A stretch of DNA of 41,711 bases from an uncultured Hyphomicrobiaceae bacterium (GCA_964651275.1 CAZYYQ010000002.1:1-41711), one strand, 5' to 3'. Shown: positions 1 through 9,480, counted from the first letter of the stretch. Program-made: numbers and translations. Notes: generated from the letters alone by a model not told the origin.

Positions 1-1
1 G

Positions 2-307
<306 letters not shown>

Positions 308-369
308 TCAAGTCCTCCCTGGCCCGCCGCGCTAAGCGCGATTTTCTGTTCTGAGGTAAGCGAACACTC

Positions 370-436
370 GCCCTCATTTTTGAATCTGACGCGCATTTTA
401 TCCGAAAACCGGACGCCACTTTTCGGAATGCGCTCA
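370..436 (-). repeat. Bru-RS-like palindromic intergenic repeat (copy 1)
   Basis: Minus strand reads GAGCGCATTCCGAAAAGTGGCGTCCGGTTTTCGGATAAAATGCGCGTCAG. Hairpin 391-433. Shares the AAAAGTGG-N-CCGGTTTT core with 34770-34876 and overlaps the rlmN stop codon. Confidence 0.7.
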
Positions 437-1648
437 GGCTGTCTCGCGCTTGCGCAATTCGCTGGCGCGGGTCTTCTTGCTCTCGGATTTCAACTGCCCG
501 CATGCCGCCATGATATCGCGTCCGCGTGGCGTGCGCACCGGCGAAGCGTAGCCCGCGCGCTGGATAACGGCGGCGAAATTCTCGATCTGCTCCCAGTCTG
601 AACAGTCGTAGGGCGCGCCGGGCCACGGGTTGAACGGGATCAGGTTGATCTTCGCAGGGATGCGCGCGAGCAATCGGACAAGCTCCTTCGCCTCGGCCAG
701 CGAATCGTTCACGCCCTTGAGCATGACATATTCGAAGGTGATGCGCCGATTGTTGGCGAGGCCGGGATAGTTGCGGCAGGCATCGAGCAGGTCGGCGATC
801 GGGTATTTCTTGTTGAGCGGCACCAGCTCGTTGCGCAGCTCGTCGCGCACCGCGTGCAGCGAGATCGCCAGCATCACGCCCATTTCGTGGCCGGTGCGCG
901 GGATCATCGGCACGACGCCGGAGGTCGACAGCGTGATGCGGCGCTTGGAGATCGCCAGCCCGTCGCCGTCATTGGCGATTTCCATCGCCGTCTTGACGTT
1001 GTCGAAGTTATAAAGCGGCTCGCCCATGCCCATCAGCACGATGTTGCTGATCATACGCTCGGATTCGGGCAGGCCCGTGGGATTTTCGGCATCGAGACCC
1101 GGCCAGTCGCCGATCCGGTCGCGCGCCAGCATGATCTGGCCGACGATCTCGCCGGCGGTCAGGTTGCGCACGAGCGGTTGCGTTCCGGTGTGGCAGAAGC
1201 TGCAATTCAGCGTGCAGCCGACCTGGCTGGAGATGCACAGCGTCGCGCGTTCAGCGTCGGGGATGTAGACCGTCTCGACTTCCGGGCCTGGCAGGCCCGG
1301 GCGTAGGGGCGCAAGCCGCGAGAGCCATTTACGCGTGCCATCCGTCGAGATTTGTTCGGTCAAGATCTCAGGGCGCTGAAGCGTCGCGGCATCGGCCAGA
1401 TCGCGCCGCAGCGCCTTCGACACGTTGGTCATGGCATCAAAGTCGCGCACGCCCTGGGTATAAATCCACCGCCAAAGCTGGCTGACGCGCATACGCTGCT
1501 GCTTCTCGGGCACGCCGATAGCCCCGAGAAATGCGGCAAGTTCGCTCCGGCTGAGGCCAATGAGGGTCGGCTTGTCGCGCGCTGCTGCGTTGTTGTGCGC
1601 CGCGGAGGCGGAAATGGCGCCCGACGTTGCAATAATCTCTACGGACAC
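434..1648 (-). CDS. rlmN: 23S rRNA m2A2503/tRNA m2A37 radical-SAM methyltransferase RlmN
   Basis: CTLNCSFC radical-SAM motif, MGMGEP and C-terminal AACGQL. GTG at 1648 chosen for its GGAG SD; the ORF is open to 1687. Confidence 0.95.
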   Translation of the reverse strand: MSVEIIATSGAISASAAHNNAAARDKPTLIGLSRSELAAFLGAIGVPEKQQRMRVSQLWRWIYTQGVRDFDAMTNVSKALRRDLADAATLQRPEILTEQISTDGTRKWLSRLAPLRPGLPGPEVETVYIPDAERATLCISSQVGCTLNCSFCHTGTQPLVRNLTAGEIVGQIMLARDRIGDWPGLDAENPTGLPESERMISNIVLMGMGEPLYNFDNVKTAMEIANDGDGLAISKRRITLSTSGVVPMIPRTGHEMGVMLAISLHAVRDELRNELVPLNKKYPIADLLDACRNYPGLANNRRITFEYVMLKGVNDSLAEAKELVRLLARIPAKINLIPFNPWPGAPYDCSDWEQIENFAAVIQRAGYASPVRTPRGRDIMAACGQLKSESKKTRASELRKRETA

Positions 1649-1677
1649 CCCGTGCTCCGATGATCGTGGTCGTGCCT

Positions 1678-2181
1678 TTACGGACATTCCTCGTTGAGCT
1701 TGCCGAGCGAGGCCGTCAGCCCGAACAGCGAGTAGGTATCGGTGGTCTGCTTGCCATCCGCCGACTCGCCCTTGACACCCATGTCGGCGCCCGCCTTCAT
1801 GGCGTCAAGCAGCCGCTTCTCGTCCTCCGGGTCCCGCAGGAACGCCTTGTCGCCGCGCACGAACATGTCGAAGGTCGTGCCGCCGACATTCACCACAGGT
1901 GCGCTGCCTTCCTTGAACTCGTAGCCGTTCTTGACGCTCAACTCGTTCTTGATGCCGTCAGCGACCCAGTTGGTCACGTAAAAATATACCCCACTGCGGT
2001 TCGCATCCTGAGGCGAACTGCTCTTGGGCTCGGTGGCGGCGAAGCATATCTTGTTGCCATTCTCGGCCTCATGCACGTAGACGGCCCAATCACGGTTCTC
2101 AGCGACCTTGACGGTGTTCTGCGCGGTCGCGGAACCGGCCATCAGGACGATCAGCAGCGATGAGAAAAGAACGATCCTCAT
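1678..2181 (-). CDS. Invasion-associated locus B (IalB)-like exported protein
   Basis: Signal peptide, DWAVY..K.CFA, AMKAG...G.S..G..T.DTYSL.G.TA and terminal Cys. Usual neighbour upstream of rlmN in alphaproteobacteria. Confidence 0.8.
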   Translation of the reverse strand: MRIVLFSSLLIVLMAGSATAQNTVKVAENRDWAVYVHEAENGNKICFAATEPKSSSPQDANRSGVYFYVTNWVADGIKNELSVKNGYEFKEGSAPVVNVGGTTFDMFVRGDKAFLRDPEDEKRLLDAMKAGADMGVKGESADGKQTTDTYSLFGLTASLGKLNEECP

Positions 2182-2284
2182 TAGCCTTGCTCTCTGTTGC
2201 ATTTGCACGGCACGAATCTGCCTCCGTATAAAGCTTCGCCGGCCATTTGACCAGCAGTGGCACACAAAATTTCCTCGGTGAAGG

Positions 2285-2818
2285 TCACCTCCCGGCCACC
2301 CGGCTTCTGGATGATCCATTCACATGGCCGGGCAGTTGCGTCGCGCCGCCTTCCATCACCGGGCGCGGGGCGAATCGCCCGAGGCTGCGCACCCTGTCAT
2401 ACATGACGATTGCGCCGGCCATAGCCACATTGATGCAGAACGACGTCGGGATCTTGACAACATAGTCGCAGCGCGCCTCGAGCGCCTCGCTGAGCGACCC
2501 CTTTTCCGGGCCGAGCACATAAGCGGCGCGCGCCGGATGGCGGAAGCTGGGCAGATCGACGGCCTCATCGAGCAGTTCCACGCCTATGAGGCGGCAATGA
2601 ACGGGAAGCTGCATCTCTTCCACGCTCGCCCAGTGATAGACCGGCAGGTGCTCTGTCGCCTTTGAGGTGTCCGACTTCGCCTCAAAGGCACGGCAGTCGG
2701 CATCGATCGTGAATGCGAAGCTCGCGCCGAAGCCATGCGCGGAGCGCACGAGATTGCCCAGGTTCATCGGCTTCGATACCCGCTCGACGCCTATGGCGAA
2801 ATAGCCTCTTGTGGTCAT
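2285..2818 (-). CDS. SpoU/TrmH-family RNA methyltransferase
   Basis: MTTRGYFAIGVE..SKPMNLGNLVRSAHGFG, VLGPEKGSLS and CINVAMAGAIVMYD SPOUT motifs. The longer N-terminal ORF is an antisense shadow of the adjacent gene. Confidence 0.88.
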   Translation of the reverse strand: MTTRGYFAIGVERVSKPMNLGNLVRSAHGFGASFAFTIDADCRAFEAKSDTSKATEHLPVYHWASVEEMQLPVHCRLIGVELLDEAVDLPSFRHPARAAYVLGPEKGSLSEALEARCDYVVKIPTSFCINVAMAGAIVMYDRVRSLGRFAPRPVMEGGATQLPGHVNGSSRSRVAGR

Positions 2819-2881
2819 GGCCCTGAATACGGGGTTAAGCTCCGGCCCGTGCGCCCCATACATAGAGTCTCGGAGACCGAT

Positions 2882-3856
2882 ATGAAAGCCATCTTGTGCC
2901 ATGCGCCCTGCGAGCCTGAGGCTCTCGTGCTTGGTAACATCCCGGAGCCCGAGCCGGGCGAGGGCGAGGTGGTGATAGCCGTGCGCGCCTGCGCTCTGAA
3001 CTTCTTCGACACGTTGATCATCCGCGGCAAATATCAATGCAGGCCGGAGCCGCCGTTTTCGCCCGGCGGAGAGGTGGCGGGGGTGATCGAGCGGGTTGGT
3101 CCCGGCGTGCGCGGGCTGGAGGCTGGCCAGAGGGTCATGGCGCATCTGCGTTGGAACGGCTGCCGGGAAAAGACCGTGGCGCGCGCTGGCGCGACCGTAC
3201 CGATACCTGACAGCGTTTCCGACGAGGTCGCCGCCGGGCTGACCATCACCTATGGCACCGCAATGCACGGGCTGAAGGATCGCGGCCGCGTTGCCGCGGG
3301 CGAAACCGTCGCCGTGCTGGGCGCTTCCGGCGGAGCCGGGCTGGCGGCGGTGGAGGTGGCGAGCGCGTTGGGCGCTGAGGTTATCGCGGTGGCATCGTCG
3401 CCGGAAAAACTGGAGATATGCCGGCGGCACGGTGCGGACTTGCTGATCGACTATGCCACGGGCGATCTGCGGGACTTGTTGAAAGACGCAACTGGCGGGC
3501 GCGGGGTGGATATCGTTTACGATTGTGTTGGCGGGGCCCAGAGCGAGCGGGCATTGCGCGCACTGGCATGGGACGGGCGGCTTCTGGTCGTGGGCTTCGC
3601 TTCTGGAGAAATCCCGCAGATTCCGCTCAACCTGCCGCTGCTGAAGGGCTGCGCGATCGTCGGCGTCATGTTTGGGCGCTTCGCGGAATTGTCTCCCGAT
3701 GCCCAGCGTGAGAATATGCGACAAGTTCTGGAGTGGTGTGCGCACGGGCGGCTGAAGCCGCATGTGGGCCAGGTGTTTCCCTTGAGCGACACGGCTCGCG
3801 CCATTCAGATGATCGATGCGCGCAAAGCGGTCGGAAAGATCGTGGTGCGGCCTTGA
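2882..3856 (+). CDS. NADPH:quinone oxidoreductase family (MDR superfamily)
   Basis: ALNFFDTLIIRGKYQ, PFSPGGEVAG, LGASGGAG NADPH-binding motif, GKIVV end. GGAG SD before ATG 2882. Confidence 0.9.
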   Translation: MKAILCHAPCEPEALVLGNIPEPEPGEGEVVIAVRACALNFFDTLIIRGKYQCRPEPPFSPGGEVAGVIERVGPGVRGLEAGQRVMAHLRWNGCREKTVARAGATVPIPDSVSDEVAAGLTITYGTAMHGLKDRGRVAAGETVAVLGASGGAGLAAVEVASALGAEVIAVASSPEKLEICRRHGADLLIDYATGDLRDLLKDATGGRGVDIVYDCVGGAQSERALRALAWDGRLLVVGFASGEIPQIPLNLPLLKGCAIVGVMFGRFAELSPDAQRENMRQVLEWCAHGRLKPHVGQVFPLSDTARAIQMIDARKAVGKIVVRP

Positions 3857-4027
3857 GCCGCGCCGCTCTCAGGGACGTTGTGGCTTTTCGGCTACGCAGG
3901 GCGGATTAATCTCTTGTATGCAAGATATTGAACGCCATGTCTGCCATAGTGCGGACACAAGCGCAGTGTGCTAGGGCTTCAGTCATTCAAAGATTTGCAG
4001 AAATTGGTGGGCGTCAGGAGCTAGAGC

Positions 4028-4129
4028 ATGCGAGTGCGCACCACGATCCGCAGCGTTCAAGGCGGCAAACCTGATCGCATCGATTCAAAGCTCACATACA
4101 ACGGCGCACGACTGAAAAGCCGTCCGTAA
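4028..4129 (+). CDS. Putative 33-aa leader ORF upstream of DEAD-box helicase (MRVRTTIRSVQGGKPDRIDSKLTYNGARLKSRP)
   Basis: AGGAG at 4016-4020, 7 nt before ATG 4028. TAA ends 7 nt before the helicase ATG. Below the ORF-track size cut-off. Confidence 0.35.
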   Translation: MRVRTTIRSVQGGKPDRIDSKLTYNGARLKSRP

Positions 4130-4136
4130 TCCAAAC

Positions 4137-5702
4137 ATGAAATTCACCGATCTTGGTTTAAGCAACAAGGTTCTGGAAGCCGTCCACGCGGCGGGCTTCA
4201 CCGAGCCGACCCCAATCCAGGCAAAGACGATTCCCATCGCGCTTGAAGGGCGTGACGTCGTGGGCATTGCGCAGACGGGCACCGGCAAGACGGCATCGTT
4301 CGTGCTACCGATGCTGACCAAGCTGGAGCGGGGCCGCGCGAGGGCGCGGATGCCGCGCTCGCTGATCCTGGAGCCGACGCGCGAACTCGCCGCTCAGGTC
4401 GCCGAAGCCTTTGAGCAGCTTGGCAAGAAGCACAAACTCACCGTGGCGCTGCTGATCGGCGGCGTGTCGTTCGACGAGCAGTTCCGCAAGCTTGACCGCG
4501 GCGCCGATGTGCTGATCGCGACGCCGGGCCGTCTGCTCGACCATTTCGGGCGCGGCAAGCTGCTCTTGACGGCGGTCGAGGTGTTCGTCATCGACGAGGC
4601 CGACCGGATGCTCGACATGGGCTTCATCCCGGATGTCGAGCGCATATGCGGCCTGCTGTCGCCCGCGCGGCAGACGTTATTCTTTTCCGCAACCATGCCG
4701 CCGGAAATTGAAAAGCTCACCCATAAGTTCCTGAACGCCCCTGAGCAGGTCAGCGTCGATAGCAAGAGCATGGCGGCGTCTACGATCCAGCAGCGGCTGA
4801 AGGCGATCAGCCCGGAGCCGAAAGCCAAACGTGCCGCGCTGCGCGACCTGATGCGCGAAGAGGACGTGAAGAACGCTATAATCTTCTGCAATCGCAAGCG
4901 CGACGTCGGGACAGTGTATCGTTCCCTCAAGAAGCATGGTTTCAACGCTGGTGAACTGCATGGCGATATGGATCAGCGCCAGCGCACGCTGACCCTCGAT
5001 GGCTTTCGCAATGGCGATATCACCTTCCTCGTGGCGAGCGATGTCGCAGCGCGTGGACTCGATATCCCCGAAGTTAGCCACGTGTTCAATTACGACGTTC
5101 CAACGCATGCCGAAGACTATATCCACCGTATCGGGCGAACGGGCCGCGCCGGTCGCGAGGGCTACGCGGCGACGCTTGTGACGGACAAGGAAATGCCGGC
5201 GCTGCGCGAAATCGAGAAGCTCCTTGGCGGCCAGGTCGAATGGCTCGGCGAGCGCCCCTCTGGCGGAGAAGATGAAGACGCTGGACGTGGGCGCCGGCGC
5301 TCCGGCTCGGGACGACGGCGCGGAGGAAAGGCTGCGCGCGGTGGCGAGGCCGAAGACAGACAAGTGCAACAGCCGAAGCCTGATGCACGGGCGAAGGCGG
5401 ATGAATCCGACGGGGATGGCAAGGGTGGCCGCCAGCGTGGGAGACGCGCAGGCCGTCGCCAGAAATCCGAGGCGGCGCCGGAGCAGCCCGCAGCCGATAC
5501 GGCGCCAACACGCGATCAGGCGCACAAGGATGCGGGCAACAATGGCGCGGACGAACAGCAGCAGAAACCTCGCAAACGCGGCCGGAAGCGCGAATTGGAA
5601 GCCGCTGATGCCGATGCCAGCGGGTCTACCGCGTTCGGCATGAGCGATCAGGTTCCAGCTTTCCTGAAGCGCCCGATCCGCAGGGCCGCCACCGAAGATT
5701 GA
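4137..5702 (+). CDS. DEAD-box ATP-dependent RNA helicase (RhlE/RhlB-like) with long disordered C-terminal tail
   Basis: Q motif PTPIQ, AQTGTGKT, PTRELA, TPGR, DEAD, SAT, ARGLD, HRIGRTGRAG. Confidence 0.95.
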   Translation: MKFTDLGLSNKVLEAVHAAGFTEPTPIQAKTIPIALEGRDVVGIAQTGTGKTASFVLPMLTKLERGRARARMPRSLILEPTRELAAQVAEAFEQLGKKHKLTVALLIGGVSFDEQFRKLDRGADVLIATPGRLLDHFGRGKLLLTAVEVFVIDEADRMLDMGFIPDVERICGLLSPARQTLFFSATMPPEIEKLTHKFLNAPEQVSVDSKSMAASTIQQRLKAISPEPKAKRAALRDLMREEDVKNAIIFCNRKRDVGTVYRSLKKHGFNAGELHGDMDQRQRTLTLDGFRNGDITFLVASDVAARGLDIPEVSHVFNYDVPTHAEDYIHRIGRTGRAGREGYAATLVTDKEMPALREIEKLLGGQVEWLGERPSGGEDEDAGRGRRRSGSGRRRGGKAARGGEAEDRQVQQPKPDARAKADESDGDGKGGRQRGRRAGRRQKSEAAPEQPAADTAPTRDQAHKDAGNNGADEQQQKPRKRGRKRELEAADADASGSTAFGMSDQVPAFLKRPIRRAATED

Positions 5703-5744
5703 GCCTGCGCCCGTTCGCACTGAACCGGGCTGGCAAATTGTCCG

Positions 5745-5773
5745 TTGTCTTCCTCGGGCTTGGGCGGTATAAA
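5745..5773 (+). promoter_or_regulatory. Sigma70-type promoter of rplY-pth-ychF
   Basis: TTGTCT (5745-5750), 17 nt, TATAAA (5768-5773), followed by a GC-rich discriminator CCGCGGC. Confidence 0.6.
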
Positions 5774-5936
5774 CCGCGGCAAATCGCGGTGGCAGGGCGG
5801 CGTTTTGCGCTCCCGGCCTTGTTTGGTTTTTTCAACACGACGGCTGATCCGGCTTGCGTCATAGGGCGTGCCGGCGGTCTTGCCCATTCGCCGCGCGGCG
5901 TTTTTGGGCGGGCGATCTATTCACCGGGAGACAGGC

Positions 5937-6572
5937 ATGGCCGATATCATTGAACTGAAGGCGCAGCCGCGCGAGAAGAGCGGCTCTGCGGCCTCGCGCG
6001 TGATCCGCAAGGGCGGCGGTGTGCCCGCGATCGTCTATGGCGGACGCAGCGGACCGGAAATGCTGACCCTGAACTATCGCGAGGTCTGGAAGCAGGTCGA
6101 AACCGGCCACTTCCTCAGCACGGTATTCATGCTCGACATAGGCGGCAAGAAGACCCGTGTCATCCCGCGCGACGTGCAGTTCGATCCAGTGCGCGACTTT
6201 GTTGAGCACATCGACTTCATGCGTCTGGCGAAGGACGCGGTGGTTGAGGTCGAAATTCCTGTGCAGGTGGTCAATGAGGATGACGCGCCGGGGCTGGAGC
6301 GTGGCGGCGTGCTCAACCTCGTGCGTCATTCCATTGAAGTGAGCTGCCCGGCCGATGCCATTCCGGATAATATCGAGGTCGATGTCACCGGACTGGACAT
6401 TGGCGACGCCGTGCATATCTCGCAGGTCAGGCTGCCGGAGAAGGTAACGCCGACCATCACCGACCGCGACTTCACCATCCTAACCATCGCCGGAGCGGCA
6501 GCAGAAGAGTCTCAGGAAGAAGTCGAGGGTGAAGGCGAGGGCGAAGCAGGGGCTGCCCCGGAAGAGGAATAG
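5937..6572 (+). CDS. rplY: 50S ribosomal protein bL25/general stress protein Ctc
   Basis: VPAIVYG, RDVQFDPV...HIDF, PGLERGG.L, LDIGDAVH and acidic tail. GGGAG SD. Confidence 0.95.
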   Translation: MADIIELKAQPREKSGSAASRVIRKGGGVPAIVYGGRSGPEMLTLNYREVWKQVETGHFLSTVFMLDIGGKKTRVIPRDVQFDPVRDFVEHIDFMRLAKDAVVEVEIPVQVVNEDDAPGLERGGVLNLVRHSIEVSCPADAIPDNIEVDVTGLDIGDAVHISQVRLPEKVTPTITDRDFTILTIAGAAAEESQEEVEGEGEGEAGAAPEEE

Positions 6573-6620
6573 TCGCTTCTGTTGTCAGCCGGTTCCGTGC
6601 AGCGGGCGGGGAAGTGAACC

Positions 6621-7322
6621 ATGAAGCTGCTGATCGGCCTGGGCAATCCCGGTGCGCGCTACGCCGGCAATCGGCACAATATCGGGTTCCGCGCTTTGGA
6701 GGCGATTGCAGATCGCCATGGAATCGGCCCGTGGAAGCGGCGCTTTCAGGGCGAGGCCGCAGAGGGCCGACTGGGCGCTGAAAAAGTGCTGTTGCTCAAG
6801 CCGATGACCTACATGAACGAATCGGGGCGCGCGGCTGGTGAGGCCATGCGGTTCTTCAAGATCGCGCCCGAAGACCTGTTCGTGTTCCACGACGATCTCG
6901 ACCTCGCCCCCGGCCGCGTCAAGGTCAAGCAGGGCGGCGGGCATGCCGGGCATAACGGGTTGAAGTCGCTGACCGCGCATTGCGGCGCGGATTTCTGGCG
7001 GGTGCGCATCGGCATCGGCCACCCCGGCGACAAGTCGAAGGTGACCGGTCATGTGCTTGGCGATTTCGCCAAGGCCGACGCGCGCTGGCTGGACCCGCTT
7101 CTGGACGCGATGGCGGATGCGGCCCCCGACCTCGTAAGCGGCGGCGAGGCGAAATTCACGACCGATGTCGCGCAGGCCATGCGCGAGTTGGAGGCTCCTG
7201 CGAAGAAGGATGCGCCCGCGCCCGCTGGCGATGCGCCCGCCTCGAAGAGCGCGCCGGCGCGCGGGCAGTCCTCCGCACCCACGGCGCTTGGCGAGAAGCT
7301 GCGGCGCTGGCTGGGCGGCTGA
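6621..7322 (+). CDS. pth: Peptidyl-tRNA hydrolase
   Basis: GLGNPG..Y..NRHNIGF, KPMTYMNESG, HDDLD, GHNGLKS, RVRIGIGHP. Ala/Pro-rich C-terminal extension. Confidence 0.95.
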   Translation: MKLLIGLGNPGARYAGNRHNIGFRALEAIADRHGIGPWKRRFQGEAAEGRLGAEKVLLLKPMTYMNESGRAAGEAMRFFKIAPEDLFVFHDDLDLAPGRVKVKQGGGHAGHNGLKSLTAHCGADFWRVRIGIGHPGDKSKVTGHVLGDFAKADARWLDPLLDAMADAAPDLVSGGEAKFTTDVAQAMRELEAPAKKDAPAPAGDAPASKSAPARGQSSAPTALGEKLRRWLGG

Positions 7323-7362
7323 ACGCCTATTTTCCGAATCACACCTCACAGGACTTGCCAGA

Positions 7363-8469
7363 ATGGGTTTCAAATGCGGTATCGTCGGGCTGCCCAACGT
7401 CGGCAAGTCCACGCTGTTCAACGCGCTGACGCGGACCGCCGCGGCGGAAGCCGCCAACTACCCTTTCTGCACGATCGAGCCAAATGTCGGCGAGGTGCCC
7501 GTGCCCGATCCGCGCCTGGACGAACTCGCGCGGCTGGGGAAGTCGGCGCAGATCATCCCGACGCGGCTGAACTTCGTCGATATCGCCGGGCTGGTGCGCG
7601 GCGCGTCGAAGGGCGAGGGGCTGGGCAACCAGTTTCTGGCCAATATCCGCGAGATGGACGCGATCGCCTATGTGCTGCGCTGTTTCGAGGATGATGACAT
7701 CAGCCATGTGGAAGGGCGCATCGACCCGCTCGCGGACGCCGAGACGGTCGAGACCGAGCTGATGATTGCCGATCTGGAGAGCCTTGAGCGGCGCAAGCCC
7801 GCGCTGGAGAAAAAGGCGAAGGCGCAGGGGCCCGAGGGCAAGGAGGCGAAGGCGACGCTGGAGCTGATCGGCAAGGTCGAGGCGGTGCTGGCCGAGGGGC
7901 ATCCGGCGCGCACGGCGGCGATCAGCGCCGAGAAGTGTGCGGCATTCCGCATGCTTCAACTTCTGACCGCAAAGCCGGTGCTTTATGTCTGCAATGTCGA
8001 TGAGGCGTCGGCCGCCATGGGCAACGCGCTTTCGCGCGACGTCGAAGCCTTCGCAGCAAAGCAGGGCGCGGGCGCCGTGGTGATCTCCGCCAAGATCGAG
8101 GCCGAACTCGCGCAGCTTGAGCCGGAGGAGCAGGCCGAATATCTCGCCGACCTCGGGCTGGAAGAGCCGGGGCTGAACCGGCTGATCCGCGCGGGCTACG
8201 ATTTACTGGGGCTCATCACGTTTTTCACGGTCGGGCCCAAGGAAGCGCGCGCCTGGACCGTGCCGCGCGGCACGACCGCGCCGAAGGCTGCGGGCACAAT
8301 CCATACCGACTTCGAAAAGGGCTTCATCCGCGCGGAGACGACATCATACGAGGATTTCGTGGCGTGCGGCGGCGAGGCGCGCGCTAAGGAGGCCGGTAAG
8401 ATGCGGCTTGAGGGCAAGGAATACGTCGTCCATGACGGCGACGTGATGCATTTCCGCTTCGCGACTTGA
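7363..8469 (+). CDS. ychF: Ribosome-binding ATPase YchF
   Basis: GIVGLPNVGKSTLFN, ANYPFCTIEPN, DIAGLV.GAS.GEGLGN, C-terminal TGS domain GKEYVVHDGD. Confidence 0.97.
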   Translation: MGFKCGIVGLPNVGKSTLFNALTRTAAAEAANYPFCTIEPNVGEVPVPDPRLDELARLGKSAQIIPTRLNFVDIAGLVRGASKGEGLGNQFLANIREMDAIAYVLRCFEDDDISHVEGRIDPLADAETVETELMIADLESLERRKPALEKKAKAQGPEGKEAKATLELIGKVEAVLAEGHPARTAAISAEKCAAFRMLQLLTAKPVLYVCNVDEASAAMGNALSRDVEAFAAKQGAGAVVISAKIEAELAQLEPEEQAEYLADLGLEEPGLNRLIRAGYDLLGLITFFTVGPKEARAWTVPRGTTAPKAAGTIHTDFEKGFIRAETTSYEDFVACGGEARAKEAGKMRLEGKEYVVHDGDVMHFRFAT

Positions 8470-8481
8470 CGCGTCAAATGG

Positions 8482-9393
8482 TTATCGCGTCGCGCGTGGA
8501 TGTCCGGCCTCGAACAGGGTCGTAGCGCGCCGACAAATGTCATCGTACCACGCGAGCGTCTGACGCCACCACGGACGGATTGCCGTGTCGCCCCACAGCG
8601 CGCCCGCAAGCTGCCCCGTTACGGCCGCGACCGTGTCAGCATCGTCGCCGAGGTTCGCTGCACGCAGCACCGCTTCGTCAAAACCATCGCTCTCATGCAC
8701 GCACCAGAGCGCCGCGTTCAGCGTGTCCACGACATAACCGGTTGAACGAATGTCGTCGCGCCGCAGTCCGATGAAAGAGCCGCCCGCGATCTCGGCGACG
8801 GCCCCGCTGCCGGAAAAGCTGCGCGGGGTGAGCACCTGATCGCGCGGCGCGCCGGAGATCGCCTCGACCAGCAACTCGCAGAAAAACGCGCAGGCATCGA
8901 CGGCTTCCTCGGCCCCATGTGTTGTTCGGCTCTGGCGGCGCGCGATCGACATGGCCTTTTCCCTGTCAGCGTGGTGGCGAATGGCCACGGGCGCGAGACG
9001 CATCAGCGAACCATTTCCTGCACTGTGCGGGTCGGTATCGCCGGCCAGCGGAGCACCGCTTTCGTGAAACCTCTGCAATGCGCTTCTCGTCGTCATGCCA
9101 ATGTCGAAACATCGACCGGTTACGCTGTTTTCGCCGTCGCGATACCACGCCCAGAAGCGGGTCATCAGGTCCGCCTCGTTGAGGTCCGGGTGCGCCAGCA
9201 GGCTGTCGGCAAGGCAAAGCGCCATGCTGGTGTCGTCAGTCCATTCTCCGGGCTTGAGGTTAAACGGGCCGCCCCCAACCATATCGGTGATTTCTGGCTG
9301 CGCGTCGCGCCGGGTGAATTCCAGCGTGGTGCCGATGGCATCGCCAACGGCCAGCCCCGTGAGAGAGCCGATTGCCCGTTCAGCAGCGGTCAT
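8482..9393 (-). CDS. ADP-ribosylglycohydrolase (ARH/DraG/Tri1-like)
   Basis: GLAVGDAIG, GEWTDDT metal ligands, GNGSLMR, TH, and GDDADTVAAVTGQLAGA. ATG 9393 has a GAGG SD; alternative TTG at 9462. Confidence 0.9.
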   Translation of the reverse strand: MTAAERAIGSLTGLAVGDAIGTTLEFTRRDAQPEITDMVGGGPFNLKPGEWTDDTSMALCLADSLLAHPDLNEADLMTRFWAWYRDGENSVTGRCFDIGMTTRSALQRFHESGAPLAGDTDPHSAGNGSLMRLAPVAIRHHADREKAMSIARRQSRTTHGAEEAVDACAFFCELLVEAISGAPRDQVLTPRSFSGSGAVAEIAGGSFIGLRRDDIRSTGYVVDTLNAALWCVHESDGFDEAVLRAANLGDDADTVAAVTGQLAGALWGDTAIRPWWRQTLAWYDDICRRATTLFEAGHPRATR

Positions 9394-9480
9394 CGTCCTC
9401 GGCCCATCGGAAACATCATCTGAGTGATGGCGAGGATTAGCAGTAGTAAGGGTGTCAGGCAATGCGCTGTTGCCCCGCGA

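Noticed and set aside
2258-2275. Sigma54 promoter TGGCAC...
   Set aside because: No TTGC at the required -12 spacing, and it points antisense to the neighbouring genes.
2285-3763. 492-aa ORF as a fused methyltransferase
   Set aside because: The N-terminal part is the antisense shadow of the quinone oxidoreductase. The SPOUT domain starts at 2818.
7190-7322. Ala/Pro-rich C-terminal extension of Pth
   Set aside because: Such tails are common in alphaproteobacterial Pth, so this is not novel.
8466-8477. Palindrome TTGACGCGTCAA as an FNR/FixK box
   Set aside because: The spacer is 2 nt rather than 4, and it lies between convergent stop codons, not in a promoter.
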